DNA of 64,000 nt from Ilumatobacteraceae bacterium (GTDB lineage: Bacteria > Actinomycetota > Acidimicrobiia > Acidimicrobiales > Ilumatobacteraceae), in contig CAVYWH010000010.1 in assembly GCA_963772085.1 (NCBI GenBank), positions 17,257 through 81,256 of the forward strand, written 5' to 3'. Below, piece by piece: positions 50,368 to 61,876 of this stretch. Position numbers and translations under genes: made by a program. A model generated the notes under the pieces. The model made no database searches. It worked only from the letters and a program-made list of their open reading frames with translations, and was not told where the DNA came from. Position 1 is the first letter of the stretch; each line of letters begins with the position of its first letter.

Positions 50368-51930
50368 ATGCTGACGGCAGTTGCGACAGCGCCGGCCATC
50401 GAGCTGCAGCGACATCGTCAAGCGGTTCCCCGGTGTGGTCGCCAACGACGGCGTCAACCTGACGGTGCGCGCCGGTTCGGTCCACGCGATCGTCGGCGAG
50501 AACGGGGCCGGCAAGTCGACGCTGATGAAGACGCTCTACGGCGCCCACCGACCCGACGAGGGCACGATCATCGTCAACGGCGAACGAGGTGCACTTCTCC
50601 TCACCGAAGGATGCGATCGCCGCCGGCATCGGCATGGTGTTCCAGCACTTCATGCTCGCCGCGAACTTCACGGTGTGGGAGAACATCGTGCTCGGCGAGG
50701 AGCCCGGCACCAAGGTCAGCCTCAAGCCCGGCTGCCGCCCGAAGCCCGCCTGCCGCGAACTCGGCGACGAGTACGGCCTGAGCGTCGACCCGGACGCGCT
50801 CGTCTGCGATCTCGGCGTCGGCGACAAGCAGCGCGTCGAGATCCTCAAGGTCCTCTACCGGGGCGCCCACATCCTGATCCTCGACGAGCCGACGGCGGTG
50901 CTCGTGCCCCAGGAGGTCGACGAACTCTTCCGTTCGCTGCGCGAGCTCACCACCACAGGGCGCCACGGTGATCTTCATCTCGCACAAGCTCGACGAGGTA
51001 CTCAAGCACGCCGATGCGATCACCGTGATCCGCCAGGGCAAGACGGTCGGCGAGATCGACGACCCGAGCACGGTGACCTCGCGCGATCTCGCCGAGATGA
51101 TGGTCGGCTCCGAGCTGCCCACCCCCGAGACCCGCGGAGCGCAAGGTCACCGACATCGCCGAACTCGAGCTCGACGACGTCGACGGTGATGGACCCGGAG
51201 CGGCGGCGCGACGCCCTCGTCGATCATGTCAGTTCACCATCCACCAAGGGGAGATCGTCGGCATCGCCGGCGTCGAGGGCAACGGGCAGAGCGAACTGGT
51301 GCAGGCGCTCATCGGGCTCGACCTCGTCGACCGGGAGCGATCTCGCTCGACGGCACGCGACATCACCGGATTGTCGACCCAGCAACGACGGGCACTCGGC
51401 GGCATCGGCTACATCGCCGAGGATCGTCAGAACGACGGGCTCGTCCTGCCGTTCACGCTCTGGGAGAACGCCGTGCTCGGCCACCAGCAGCGACGCGCCG
51501 TACGGGCGCGGGCCCGTGGATCGACAAGGGCGGCGCGCGCACGCGCGGACGCGAGCAGATCATCGACGACGTACGACGTGCGCACCCCCGGCGCCGACGT
51601 GCCGATCTTCACGCTGTCGGGCGGCAACCAGCAGAAGCTCGATCGTCGGCCGCGAGATCACGTCCGACCCGTCGATGCTGATCGCCTCGCACCCGACCCG
51701 CGGCGTCGACGTCGGGGCCCAGGCGCTGATCTGGGACATCCTCCGCGACGCCCGCTCCGAGAGGGCTGGCGACGCTGCTGGTCTCCGCCGACCTCGAGGA
51801 ACTCATCGGCCTGTCGGACCGGCTGCTCGTCATGCTGCGCGGGCGGGTGGTCGCCGAACTCGACCCGTCCACCGTCACCCCTGCCGAACTCGGCTCGTAC
51901 ATGACCGGCGCCCGAACGGAGGACGCCTGA
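50368..51930 (+). pseudogene. ABC transporter ATP-binding protein with two fused ATPase domains (nucleoside/sugar type); many frame changes
   Basis: [97 protein letters not shown], ...[17 protein letters not shown], spread over ORFs 50381.., 50589.., 50968.., 51299.. and others. Confidence 0.85.
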
Positions 51931-53090
51931 TGATCGAACGGATCTGGCGGGCCGCGCTCGCCCCGCTCGATCGCGGCCGTTGCGGCGATCGTCATCTCGT
52001 CGATCGCCCTGCTCATCTCCGGCAACGACCCGGTCGAGGCCTTCACCGAGATGTGGAAGACGATCGACTCGACCGAATCGGTCGTCCTGATCATCAACCG
52101 TGCCGTGCCGTACTACATCGCCGGCGTGGCGGTGGCGATCGGGTTCAAGATGAACCTGTTCAACATCGGCTCGAACGGTCAGTACATCCTCGCCGCGCTG
52201 ATCGCCGGTTGGGCCGGTGCGAACGTGTCGCTGCCGGCGCCGATCCACGTCGCCTTCGTGTTCCTCGTGGCGATCACCGTCGGCGGGCTGTGGGCGCTCA
52301 TCGCCGCCATCCTCAACGTCACCCGCAACGTCAACGTGGTGATCGCCACGATCATGCTGAACTACATCGCGATCGGCCTCGTGGCGTTCCTGCTCTCGGA
52401 GTTCCTGCGCGACAAGGAGTCGGCGGGACTCGTCGCGCAGACCAAGCTGATGCCGACCTCGGCGCAGATCCCGTCGCTCAACCGGCTGATCGAGCTGTTC
52501 GGCTTCAACTTCGCCGACGGGGTCGTGCTGTACGGGTTCCTGCCGTTCGCCATCCTGCTCGGCGTCGCCTACTACGTGCTGCTCAACCGCAGCCGCTTCG
52601 GCTACGAGCTGCGGCTGTCGGGCCTCAACCCGTCGGCGCGCCCGGTCGGCCGGCGTCAACCCGAAGAAGATGGTGCTGATCACGCTGTTCATGTCGGGAG
52701 CCGTCGCCGGGATGATCGGGCTGCCGTACCTGCTCGCCGACCCGAACTTCCTGAAGTACGGCGACGCGTTCCCGGTCGATGGTCGGGCTTCACCGGCCTC
52801 GGCCTGGCGCTGCTCGGCGGCAACCACCCCGTCGGCATCGCGGCGGCGGCGATCGTGTGGGCGACCATCGAACGGGCGACACAGCGGCTCGGCCCGATCG
52901 GCGTCCCCCAGGAGATCGGACGCATCCTGCAGGGGTCGTTCCTGCTCGTGGCCGTGATCGCCTACGAGGTCGTGCGGCGCAAGAACAACGCAGCGGCCGC
53001 AGCGGCCGCCGCTGCGGCGACCGCACGAAGACACCCCGACGAGCCGAGCCACCGGCCGGCCCGATGCCGATGGCGGGAGCACCGGCATGA
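51930..53090 (+). pseudogene. ABC transporter permease (NupP/YufP-like); several frame changes
   Basis: ATG overlaps the ATPase stop (TGATG). [13 protein letters not shown]..., then [36 protein letters not shown]... (ORF 52051..), [23 protein letters not shown] (ORF 52670..). The stop is inferred as TGA 53088-53090 after a poly-Ala tract. Confidence 0.75.
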
Positions 53091-54390
53091 GCACCACCAT
53101 CGACCACCACGCCCGCCGGCGAGAACGCCGACGCCCAGACGGTCGTGGCGCATCGACACGATGGCTGCCGCTGTGCGTCGGCGCTCGCTCGCGATGTCGA
53201 TCCTGTCGCTCACCCGCCTGCTCTCCGACACCGACGACCTCACCTCGAGCGGCACGTTCGGCGTCGCCCTGCGCACCGCCGCACCGATCGCGCTCGCCGG
53301 GCTCTCCGGTCTCGTCGCCGAACGCAGCGGCACGATCAACATCGGCCTCGACGGCATGATGGTGCTCGGGACGATCTTCGCCGGCTGGTGGGGGTGGGAG
53401 TACGGCCCGTGGATGGCCATCGTCGGCGGCATCGTCGGCGGCATGATCGGCGGTCTGGTGATGAGCCTCGCCACGACCACCTTCGGCGTGAACCACATCG
53501 TCGCCGGCGTGGCGATCAACCTCATCGCTCCCGGCACGCGCCCGGTTCATGGCGAGCGAGTTGTTCGTCGACGTCCAGGGCGGGTCGATCACCACGTCGC
53601 CGGGCAACAAGGGTGCGATCGGGGCCTTCACCGTGCCGTTCCTGTCCGGTGGTGATCTGTTCGGCTGGACCACGCCCGACATCACTCGGCTGGTTCGAGG
53701 ACCAGGGCTGGTTCCTGCTCGCCGACATCGCCGGCCTGATCAAGGGGCTGACCACCGCCGTGTCGTGGGACGTCGTGCTGACGATCGGGCTCTTCTTCGG
53801 CGTCGCCTACCTGCTGTGGCACACCCCGCTCGGTCTCCGTCTCCGGTCCGCCGGCGAGCGCCCGGCCGCCGCCGACTCGCTCGGCGTGAACGTCCACCGG
53901 ATGCGCCACATCGGCATGGCGATGTCCGGCGCGCTCGCCGGCATGGGCGGCGCGGTGCTCGTGCTGTTCGCCAACCGGTACCAGGAGAACCAGGTCGCCG
54001 GTCGCGGCTTCCTCGGCCTGGCCACGATGATCTTCGGCAACTGGATGCCCGCTCGGCACCGCCGCCGGTGCCGGCCTGTTCGGCTACGCCCAGGGCATCA
54101 CGCTGCGGACCAACCCCGGCGACCTCGTCAACGCGCTGATCCTGGCGGCGGCGATCAGCCTGCTGGTGCTGTCGATCTGGATGGTCTTCGAGCGTCGCTG
54201 GCAGGCCATGGGCTTCATGAGCGTGTTCACCGCGGTCACGTTCTGGGCGTTCTTCGCCGCCTCCGAGCCGAACAACCAGCTCGTGTTCGTCACGCCCTAC
54301 GTCGTGACGCTGATCGCCGTGTCGGTCGGCGCCCAGCGACTCCGACCGCCGGCGGAGGAAGGCATTCCGTGGTTCAAGGGAATGCAATAG
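53087..54390 (+). pseudogene. ABC transporter permease (NupQ/YufQ-like); several frame changes
   Basis: ATG 53087 would overlap the inferred upstream stop (ATGA). LRTAAPIALAGLSGLVAERSGTINIGLDGMMVLGTIFAGWWG, HIVAGVAINLIAPG, ...FVTPYVVTLIAVSVGAQRLRPPAEEGIPWFKG (ORF 54166..54390). Confidence 0.75.
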
Positions 54391-54430
54391 GCATCGTTGA
54401 CTCCAGGAGCAGGCGAAGCGGGCGCCGAAG

Positions 54431-55477
54431 GTGCTGCTGCACGATCATCTCGACGGCGGGCTGCGGCCGCAGACCGTGATCGAACTCGCCGACGAGATCG
54501 GCTGGACGCTGCCGTCGACCGACGTCGACACGCTGCAGCGCTGGTTCACCGCCGGCGCCGAGACCGGCGACCTGCTGCAGTACCTGGCCACCTTCGAGCA
54601 CACGCTGGCCGTGATGCAGCAGGCGGAGTCGATCGAGCGGGTCGCCTACGAGGCGGCGGTCGATCTCGCCGCCGACGGTGTCGTCTACGCCGAGGTGCGG
54701 TTCGCCCCGGAGCTGCACGTCGGCGGCGGACTCTCCCTCGAGGCGATCGTCGATGCCGTCACGAGCGGCTTCCGACGCGGCGAGGCCGACGCCGCCGCCG
54801 GCGGCCGACCGATCACGCGTCAACGCGATCTGCTGCGCGATGCGCACCGGAACACCGCTCGCTGGAGATCGCCCAGCTCGTCGACCGGTGCGCACCACCG
54901 ACGACAAGGTCGTCGCCTTCGACCTCGCCGGAGCCGAGACGGGATTCCCGCCGTCGCTGCACGCCGAGGCCTGCGCCTTCGCCCGGGACGTCCACCTCAA
55001 CATGACGATCCACGCCAGCGAGCCGCCCGACCTCCCGCTGATCTCCGACGCCATCGCCCAGGGTGCGCATCGCATCGGCCACGGCGTGCGGCTCGCCGCC
55101 GACACCACCGTCGGCGCCGACGGCGAGCTGCGTCGCTCGGCCCGCTCGCCCAGTACGTCCTCGACCATCAGATCCACCTCGAGATGGCGCCGACGTGCAA
55201 CGTGCAGATCGGTGCCGTGGCGAGCGTCGCCGAGCATCCGATCGGGCCGTTCCTGCGCGCCGGTCTCAGCGTCGGGTTCAACACCGACAACCGGCTGATG
55301 AGCAACGTGATGCCGTCGTCGGAACTGCTCGCGCTGTCGACCGAACAGCAGCTCACCGCGGCCGAGATGGAGCGCCTGGTGACGAACGCGGCGATGGCCT
55401 CGTTCGCCCCCTACGACGACCGCCGCCGCCTCGTGCACGACGTGATCGCCCCCGGCTACGCCGCCCTCGCGCTCTGA
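54431..55477 (+). pseudogene. add: Adenosine deaminase paralogue 1; ~4 frame changes
   Basis: [24 protein letters not shown]..., [22 protein letters not shown] / RSLEIAQLV / KVVAFDLAGAE...NMTIHASEPPD...GAHRIGHGVRL / HLEMAPTCNVQIG...[10 protein letters not shown]. The first in-frame start is GTG 54431. Confidence 0.85.
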
Positions 55478-55497
55478 CGCGACGGGCCCGACGCGTG

Positions 55498-55539
55498 CAA
55501 CCTGTCGGCGTCGGTGCCTGGCACCGACGCGACAGGTTG
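55498..55539. repeat. Hairpin CAACCTGTCGGCGTCGGTGCC-T-GGCACCGACGCGACAGGTTG (GGTGCCWGGCACC family, copy 4)
   Basis: Read directly. Lies between convergent add (stop 55477) and queF (stop 55545). Confidence 0.6.
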
Positions 55540-55544
55540 GTCGG

Positions 55545-55918
55545 TCAGCGGGTCAGTTCGGCGACGGCTTGCACTTCGATGCCGCCGCGCGGACGCTGCG
55601 TCAGCGTGACGGTCGACGCGGCTCGGCTGTGCGGTCGTCATGATCTCGCCGGCGATCTCGGCGGCCAGCGCCTCGGCGAACACGGCGCGGTCGCGGAAGC
55701 CCCACAGGTAGAGCTTGAGGCTCTTCGACTCGACGCACCACTCGGCCGGCACGTACTCGATCACCACGGTCGACAGGTCGGGCTGCTGGGTGACCGGGCA
55801 CATCGACGTCAGCTCGTCGTTGGTGAAGCGGACGCTGGTGACGTTGGCCGGCGCCGGGAACGTCTCGACGTGTTCGATCGGCATGCCGAACGGTCGAGCC
55901 GAGCACGGTGAGGTCCAC
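55545..55918 (-). pseudogene. queF: NADPH-dependent 7-cyano-7-deazaguanine (preQ0) reductase, unimodular type; two frame changes
   Basis: VETFPAPANVTSVRFTNDELTSMCPVTQQPDLSTVVIEYVPAEWCVESKSLKLYLWGFRDRAVFAEALAAEIAGEI (within ORF 55456..56754). It carries the catalytic Cys and the ESKSLKLYL motif. The tail STVTLTQRPRGGIEVQAVAELTR-stop is in another frame. GTG start MDLTVLGS at 55918. Confidence 0.8.
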
Positions 55919-55976
55919 GTCAGGAGGCTATCGACCACGACGACGGCCGCCGAGCCCGGCCGGGTACGATCCGATC

Positions 55977-56845
55977 GTGCTCGATCAGGATCAGGTGGCC
56001 TCCTACCATCGCGACGGGTTCGTCGTCGTTCCCGACTTCGTCGTCGGCCGCCGACCGGCAGCGCCTGCGCCAGCGGGCGATCGACATCGTCGACGCGTGG
56101 GAGCCGAGCGAGACCCGCACCGTGTTCACCACGAACGAGCAGGAGCGCACGTCGAACCAGGAGTTCCTCGACAGCGGCGCGACCACCTGGTGCTTCTTCG
56201 AGGAGGACGCGTTCGGTCCGGACGGCGAGCTGACGCAGCCGAAGGAGCTGAGCATCAACAAGATCGGCCACGCCCAGCACGACCTCGACGACGAGTTCGA
56301 ACGCTTCGCGTACCAGCCCCGCCTCGCCGAGGTGGCCGCCGACCTCGGCCTCGTCGACCCGCTCGCGCTGCAGTCGATGTACATCTTCAAGCAGCCGCTG
56401 ATCGGCGGCGAGGTGGGCTGCCACCAGGACGCCACGTTCCTCTACACCGACCCGATGACGGTCACCGGGTTCTGGTTCGCCATCGAGGACGCCACGCTCG
56501 ACAACGGCTGCCTGTGGGCGGCCCCCGGCGGGCATCGAGGCCCGCTGCGCCAGGTGTTCAAGCGCAACGCCACCAACGACGGCACCGTGTTCGAACCGCT
56601 CGACGACACGCCGCTGCCCGCGCCGCCGCCGGCCGGCGACACGCTCGTGCCGCTCGAGGTGCCGGCCGGCACGATGGTGGTGCTCCACGGACGGCTCCCC
56701 CACTGGAGCGCCGTCAACACGTCGCCGACGAGCCGCCACGCGTACTCGCTGCACTGCATCTCCGGCACGCGCCGACTACCCCGACTGGAACTGGCTGCAG
56801 CGCCCAGCGGACATGCCGTTGCGCCGCCTCGGTAGCGTGGCCTGA
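55977..56845 (+). pseudogene. Phytanoyl-CoA dioxygenase (PhyH)-family Fe(II)/2-oxoglutarate oxygenase; two frame changes (near 56045 and at 56770)
   Basis: VLDQDQVASYHRDGFVVVPDFV, then AADRQRLRQRAIDIV...KIGHAQHDLD...GGEVGCHQDATFLYTDP...GFWFAIEDATLDNGCLW...VVLHGRLPHWS (ORF 56122..). The tail [24 protein letters not shown] ends at TGA 56843-56845. The start codon is uncertain. Confidence 0.75.
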
Positions 56846-57935
56846 TGCCGCTGACCGACCTGCTCACGCGGGCGCCCAAGGCCCTGCTCCACGATCACCT
56901 CGACGGCGGGCTCCGGCCCGAGACGGTCATCGAGCTGGCCGGCGAGTACGGCTACGACGACCTGCCGACCACCGACGTCGACGACCTCGGCCACGTGGTT
57001 CAACCGTGGCGCCAAGCGCAACGACCTGGTGCTCTACCTCGAGACGTTCGCCCACACGGTCGGGGTGATGCAGGACCGTGACGCGATCGAACGGGTCGCC
57101 TTCGAGTGCGCCCAGGACCTCGCCGCCGACGGCGTGGTGTACGCCGAGGTCCGCTTCGCCCCCGAGCTCAGCACCGAGAAGGGGCTGACCCTCGACGAGG
57201 TGATGGAGGCCGTGCTCGACGGCTACCGGCGCGGCTCGGCCGGCACCGACCTGACGATCTACGCCATCGTGTCGGCGATGCGCACGGCGGCGCGCAGCTA
57301 CGAGATCGCCGAGCTGGCGGTGCGCTTCCGCGACGCCGGCGTCGTCGGGTTCGACATCGCCGGCGCCGAAGCGGGCTACCCGCCGACCCGCCACCTCGAC
57401 GCGTTCCAGTACATCCAGCGCGAGAACTTCCACACCACCATCCACGCCGGCGAGGCGTTCGGCCTGCCGTCGATCTGGGAGGCGCTCCAGTTCTGCGGCG
57501 CCGAGCGGCTCGGCCACGGCGTGCGCATCGTCGACGACATCGACCCGGCCGACGGCTTCGGCACCGAGAAGCTCGGCCGGCTCGCCACGTACGTCCGCGA
57601 CCGCCGCATCCCGCTCGAGCTGTGCCCGACCTCCAACGTCAACACCGGCGTCGTGCCGACGATCGCCGACCATCCGATCGGCATGCTGCGCCGCCTGCGC
57701 TTCCGGGTCACGCTCAACACCGACAACCGGTTGATGAGCGACACGTCGATGACCAAGGAGATGGTGCAGCTCGCCGGACGCGTTCGGCTGGGGCCTCGAC
57801 GACTTCGAGTGGCTGACGGTCAACGCCATGAAGTCGGCGTTCGCACCGTTCCCCGAGCGCCTGCGCTTGATCAACGGCGTGATCAAGCCCCGCTACGCGA
57901 TCCTGCGCGCCGAACACTCACTCGGAGAGGCCTGA
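56845..57935 (+). pseudogene. add: Adenosine deaminase paralogue 2; two frame changes (near 57000 and 57780)
   Basis: ATG overlaps the PhyH stop (TGATG). [97 protein letters not shown]. The tail ...[24 protein letters not shown]... is in a third frame. Confidence 0.9.
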
Positions 57936-57938
57936 CCC

Positions 57939-58593
57939 ATGGCGATCAACACGACCCTCGTCGACCATCCGGTGGTGGCCGACGCGCTGACCCGCATCCG
58001 CGACCGCGACACACCGAACGCCCTGTTCCGGCAGAACCTGGAGCGGATCGGCACCCTGCTGCATCGCCGAGGCCACGAGGTCGCTGCCGACCGTCGACGG
58101 CACCGTCGAGACGCCGCTGACGACCGCCCCGGCACGGCGCATCGCCACCCAGCCGGTCGTCGTGCCGATCCTGCGTGCCGGCCTCGGCTTCGTCGGCGCG
58201 GCACAGGAGCTGCTGCCCAACGCCGACATCGGCTTCATCGGCATGGCCCGCAACGAAGACACCCACCAGCCCGAGCCGTACGTCAACAAGCTGCCGGAGT
58301 CGTTGGCCGGGCGGCCCGTGATCGTGGTCGACCCGATGCTGGCCACCGGCGGCTCGCTGATCGCCACGATCGAGCTGCTGCGCGAGCGCGGCGCCCCCGA
58401 GCCGATCACCGTCGTGTGCGCGCTGGCCGCGCCGGAGGGGATCCAGGCGCTGGAGGATGCCGGGCTGTCGATCGATCTCTACACCGCGGCGATCGACTCG
58501 CACCTGAACGAACAGGCCTTCATCGTCCCCGGCCTCGGCGACGCCGGCGACCGCCAGTTCGGCACCCCGGCCGCCCCGATCCCGACCGCCTGA
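57939..58593 (+). pseudogene. upp: Uracil phosphoribosyltransferase; one frame change near 58062
   Basis: [41 protein letters not shown], then [11 protein letters not shown]...VVPILRAGLGF...VIVVDPMLATGGSLIATIELL...IVPGLGDAGDRQFGT (ORF 58162..58593). Confidence 0.9.
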
Positions 58594-58598
58594 CGTCG

Positions 58599-59132
58599 AT
58601 GCGCTCGCGCGACGGCGGCATCGATCGGATCCCGCTCCCCGACGAGGTGGCCGGCGAACTGTGGCTGTGCGGCAAGCATCACATCGCCGCCGACGTCGAC
58701 GCGGTGCTGCGAACGCACCGGGGCGACCACGATCGCCTGTCTCGACCCGACGCGAGGAGCTGGCCGATCGCTACCCGCGCTACGTCGACTGGCTCGACCA
58801 GCGGTCGGTCCGTCACGGCGATCGGCGAGCACGACTGCAGCGTCGTCTGGTTCCCGATCGACGATCTCGAGCGCTCCCGACCTCGACGCCTACCGACCGT
58901 TCCTCGACGACCTCGTCTACCGGCTGCAGCACGGCGAGCACGTCGTCGTGCACTGCGCCGCGGGCATCGGCCGGGCCGGCACCACTGCGGTGGCGTTGCT
59001 CATCCTGCTCGGCATCGACATCGACAACGCGCTGGCGACGGTGCGGGCCAACCGGCCGATGGCCGGCCCCGAGGTCGGCGCCCAACTCGACCTGATCACC
59101 GCCCTCGCCGACACCCTCCAACCCGATCGTGA
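58599..59132 (+). pseudogene. Cys-based (CX5R) protein-tyrosine/dual-specificity phosphatase-family protein; ~3 frame changes, 3' end uncertain
   Basis: MRSRDGGIDRIPLPDEVAGELWLCGKHHIA..., ...YRPFLDDLVYRLQHGEHVVVHCAAGIGRAGTTAVALLILLG...ANRPMAGPEVGAQLDLI (ORF 58948.. frame). That frame has no stop before hairpin 59136. Confidence 0.6.
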
Positions 59133-59135
59133 ACC

Positions 59136-59168
59136 GGTCGTGTTCGTGCCGGGCACCGATGCACGACC
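59136..59168. repeat. Hairpin GGTCGTGTTCGTGCC-G-GGCACCGATGCACGACC (GGTGCCWGGCACC family, copy 5; stem nearly identical to copy 2)
   Basis: Read directly. Lies between the convergent phosphatase and phosphosugar mutase genes. Confidence 0.6.
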
Positions 59169-59181
59169 TGCCGATCACGGA

Positions 59182-60815
59182 TCAGGTCGGGGCGGTGGCG
59201 GCGAGGGCGGCGAGCAGCTCGTCGAGCAGCGACCGGTCGATGTCGACGCCCTCGCCGTAGAGCTTGACCTTCGGTTCGGTGCCGCTCGGGCGGATCTGCA
59301 GCCGCAGGTCGCCGTCGACCACCAGGCGGACCAGGCCCGCCTGCGGATACGTCGACACCGCCGTGACCGCCCGCCCGCCGACCTCGGTCGGCGGATCGGC
59401 TTCGATCGACCGCACCCATTCGGCACCGAGCGCCGGATCGAGCCGCACCGACAGCTCGGCGGTGACGTACTGGCCGAACCGCGCGGCGATCGCGTCGAGA
59501 CGATCCTGCAACGTCACGCCGTCGGCCAGCGCGAGGCCGGCGATCTCGGCCATCATCACCGCCGCGCTGATGCCGTCCTTGTCGAGCGGCCGGTGCGTCA
59601 CCAGATAGCCGAGCGCCTGCTCGTACCCGAACACGAACCGCAGCTCCGGACGCTCGGTGATGATCTTGCCGATCCACTTGAAGCCGGTGAACGTCTCTTC
59701 GGCGTGCACGCCGGCCGCCTCGGCCATCCGGCCCAGCAGCGACGACGACACGATGGTGGTGATCACGAGCCGGTCGTCGCCGCTCCGTGTTGGCGAGGAT
59801 GTGATCGGCGAACAGCCAGCCGATCTCGTCGCCGCTGAGCCGTCGCCACGAGCCGTCGGGCTGCGGAATCGCCACACCGAGCCGGTCGGCGTCGGGATCG
59901 TTGGCCAGCGCGACGACGGCACCGGCACTCGCGGGCGACCTCGAGCAGCAGATCCATCGCGCCCGGCTCCTCGGGGTTCGGGAACGCCACCGTCGGGAAC
60001 GTCCCGTCCGGCACATGCTGCGCCGCGACGACCACCGGCGGGTCGAAGCCGGCGGCGGCGAACGCCCGCTCGATCGTCGCACCCCCGACGCCGTGCATCG
60101 CCGTGTAGGCGACGGTACCGCCGGCCACCTCGGGGCGCAGCCGAACGGCGGGGATCGCGTCGATGTACGCATCGACCCAGGTCGTGTCGAGGTAGGTGAT
60201 CAGCGGATCGTCCTCGCCCGCCAGCACGATCGCGAGCGGATCGAAGCGGTCGATGCACTCGGAGATCTGCCGGTCGACCGGGTCGACGATCTGCGAACCG
60301 GCCGCGAGGAACACCTTGTACCCGTTGTCGGCGGGCGGGTTGTGCGACGCCGTCACCACCACGCCGGCGGCGGCATCGAGCCCGGTGATCGACCAGGCGA
60401 GCACCGGCGTCGGCTGCACGCCGGGATGGATCATCGAGCGGATGCCGAGCGCGGCGAGCACACGGGCGGTGTCGAACGCGAAGATGTCGCTCTTGCGGCG
60501 GGCGTCGTAGGCGATGACCACGCCGCGTTGCGCGGCGTCGGGGATCGCCCCGGTCTGTTCGCAGTCGAGCAGCCACTGGCCGAGCCCGGCGGCGGCCTGG
60601 CGGACCACGAGCCGGTTCATCCGCATCGGACCGGCGCCGACGGCGGCACGCAGCCCGGCGGTGCCGAACTGGAGGCGGCCGGCGAAGCGTTCCCGCAGTT
60701 CCGCGCCGTCACCGCGTTCGGCGCGTTCGATCAGGTCGGCGAGCTCGACGGCGATGTCGGGATCCGGTTCGTTCGCCAGCCAGAGGTGTGCGGTACCGAT
60801 CGAGTCGTCAGCCAT
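59182..60815 (-). pseudogene. Phospho-sugar mutase (phosphomannomutase/phosphoglucomutase family; could serve as phosphopentomutase in this context); at least 2 frame changes
   Basis: RLQFGTAGLRAAVGAGPMRMN..., phosphoserine loop VVVTASHNPPADNGYKV (ORF 59763..60815). [14 protein letters not shown] in a third frame. C-terminal FTGFKWIG...[12 protein letters not shown] (ORF 59182..60576). Confidence 0.8.
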
Positions 60816-61816
60816 CGGTGACGAGCGTACGCAACTCCACCAGCGGGCGGGGGCCGACGTGGGCGATCACTTCGGCCGCGGCGATCGAGCCGAGCATGCC
60901 GCATTCGTAGAGGTCGCGTCCGCTGGTCAGCCCGTACAGGAATCCGGCGGCGAACAGGTCGCCGGCACCGGTGGTGTCGATCACGGCCGGCACCGGCACG
61001 GCCGGCACGTGCAGCACGTCGTGTTCGGTGATCACGACGCAACCGTCGGCCCCGGTGGTGATCGCCGCCATGGCGCACTCGGACGCGCAGCGCGGCGATC
61101 GCGTCGTCGAACGAGTCGGTCTCGTACAGCGCCAGCAGCTCGTCGTGATTGCCGAACAGCAGGTCGACGTTGTCGCGGACCAGCGCCCGGAAGTCGTCGC
61201 GGTGACGCTGGACGCAGAACGAGTCGGACAACGTGAGCGACACGATCCGTCCGTGCTCATGGGCCACGACGGCCGCCCGGCGGAAGGCAGCCTTGGCGGC
61301 ATCACGGTCGAAGAGGTAGCCCTCCATGTACAGCACGCTCGCGTCGGCGATCACGGCCTCGTCGAGATCGTCGACGCCGAGCAGGCTCGACACGCCGAGG
61401 CAGGTGTTCATCGTGCGTTCCGCGTCCGGCGTCACCACGATGACGCAGCGCCCGGTCGGCGTGCCGTGGTCGATGCCGCCACCGCGGAACGTGACGCCGA
61501 CGGCGCGCATGTCGTGGCCGAAGACCTCACCGAGATCGTCGGTGTCGACCTTGCCGATGTACGCGGCACGTCCGCCGAAGCTGGCCAGCCCGACGACGGT
61601 GTTGGCCGCCGAGCCGCCGCTCATCTCGACCGCGGTGCCGAGCGCGCTGTAGAGCTCGGCCGCCCGATCGATCTCGACCAGCGTCATCGAGCCCTTCACC
61701 AGACCATGCGTGACCAGGAACTCCTCGGTCGACGGGGCGATCACGTCGACCAGCGCGTTGCCGATGCCGGCGACGTCGTATCGAGCCGGCGCCCGGTCGT
61801 TCATGATCTCCGGCAT
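60808..61816 (-). pseudogene. PfkB-family adenosine kinase; one frame change near 61090
   Basis: YDVAGIGNALVDVIAPSTEEFL...MSGGSAANTVVGLASFGGRAAYIGKV (ORF 60731..62200 frame). C-terminus VIDTTGAGDLFAAGFLYGLT (ORF 60808..61305). Overlaps the mutase start by 8 nt. Confidence 0.8.
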
Positions 61817-61876
61817 GGGCCGATTGAGGGTCGAGTCGGACACGAGCCGACACGCTACCGCCGGTACCATCTCGCC

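Noticed and set aside
52985-53025. GC-rich palindromic tract GCAGCGGCCGCAGCGGCCGCCGCTGCGGCG (two NotI-like sites) as a repeat element.
   Set aside because: It encodes a poly-alanine run at the C-terminus of the first permease. This is low-complexity coding sequence, and no second copy was seen.
55922-55927. Perfect AGGAGG in the queF/PhyH intergenic region as a ribosome-binding site for an unannotated ORF or an earlier PhyH start.
   Set aside because: No ATG, GTG or TTG follows at 4-12 nt in any frame; the nearest candidate is ATC. On the opposite strand it reads CCTCCT immediately upstream of the queF GTG. It is probably fortuitous or part of a leader structure.
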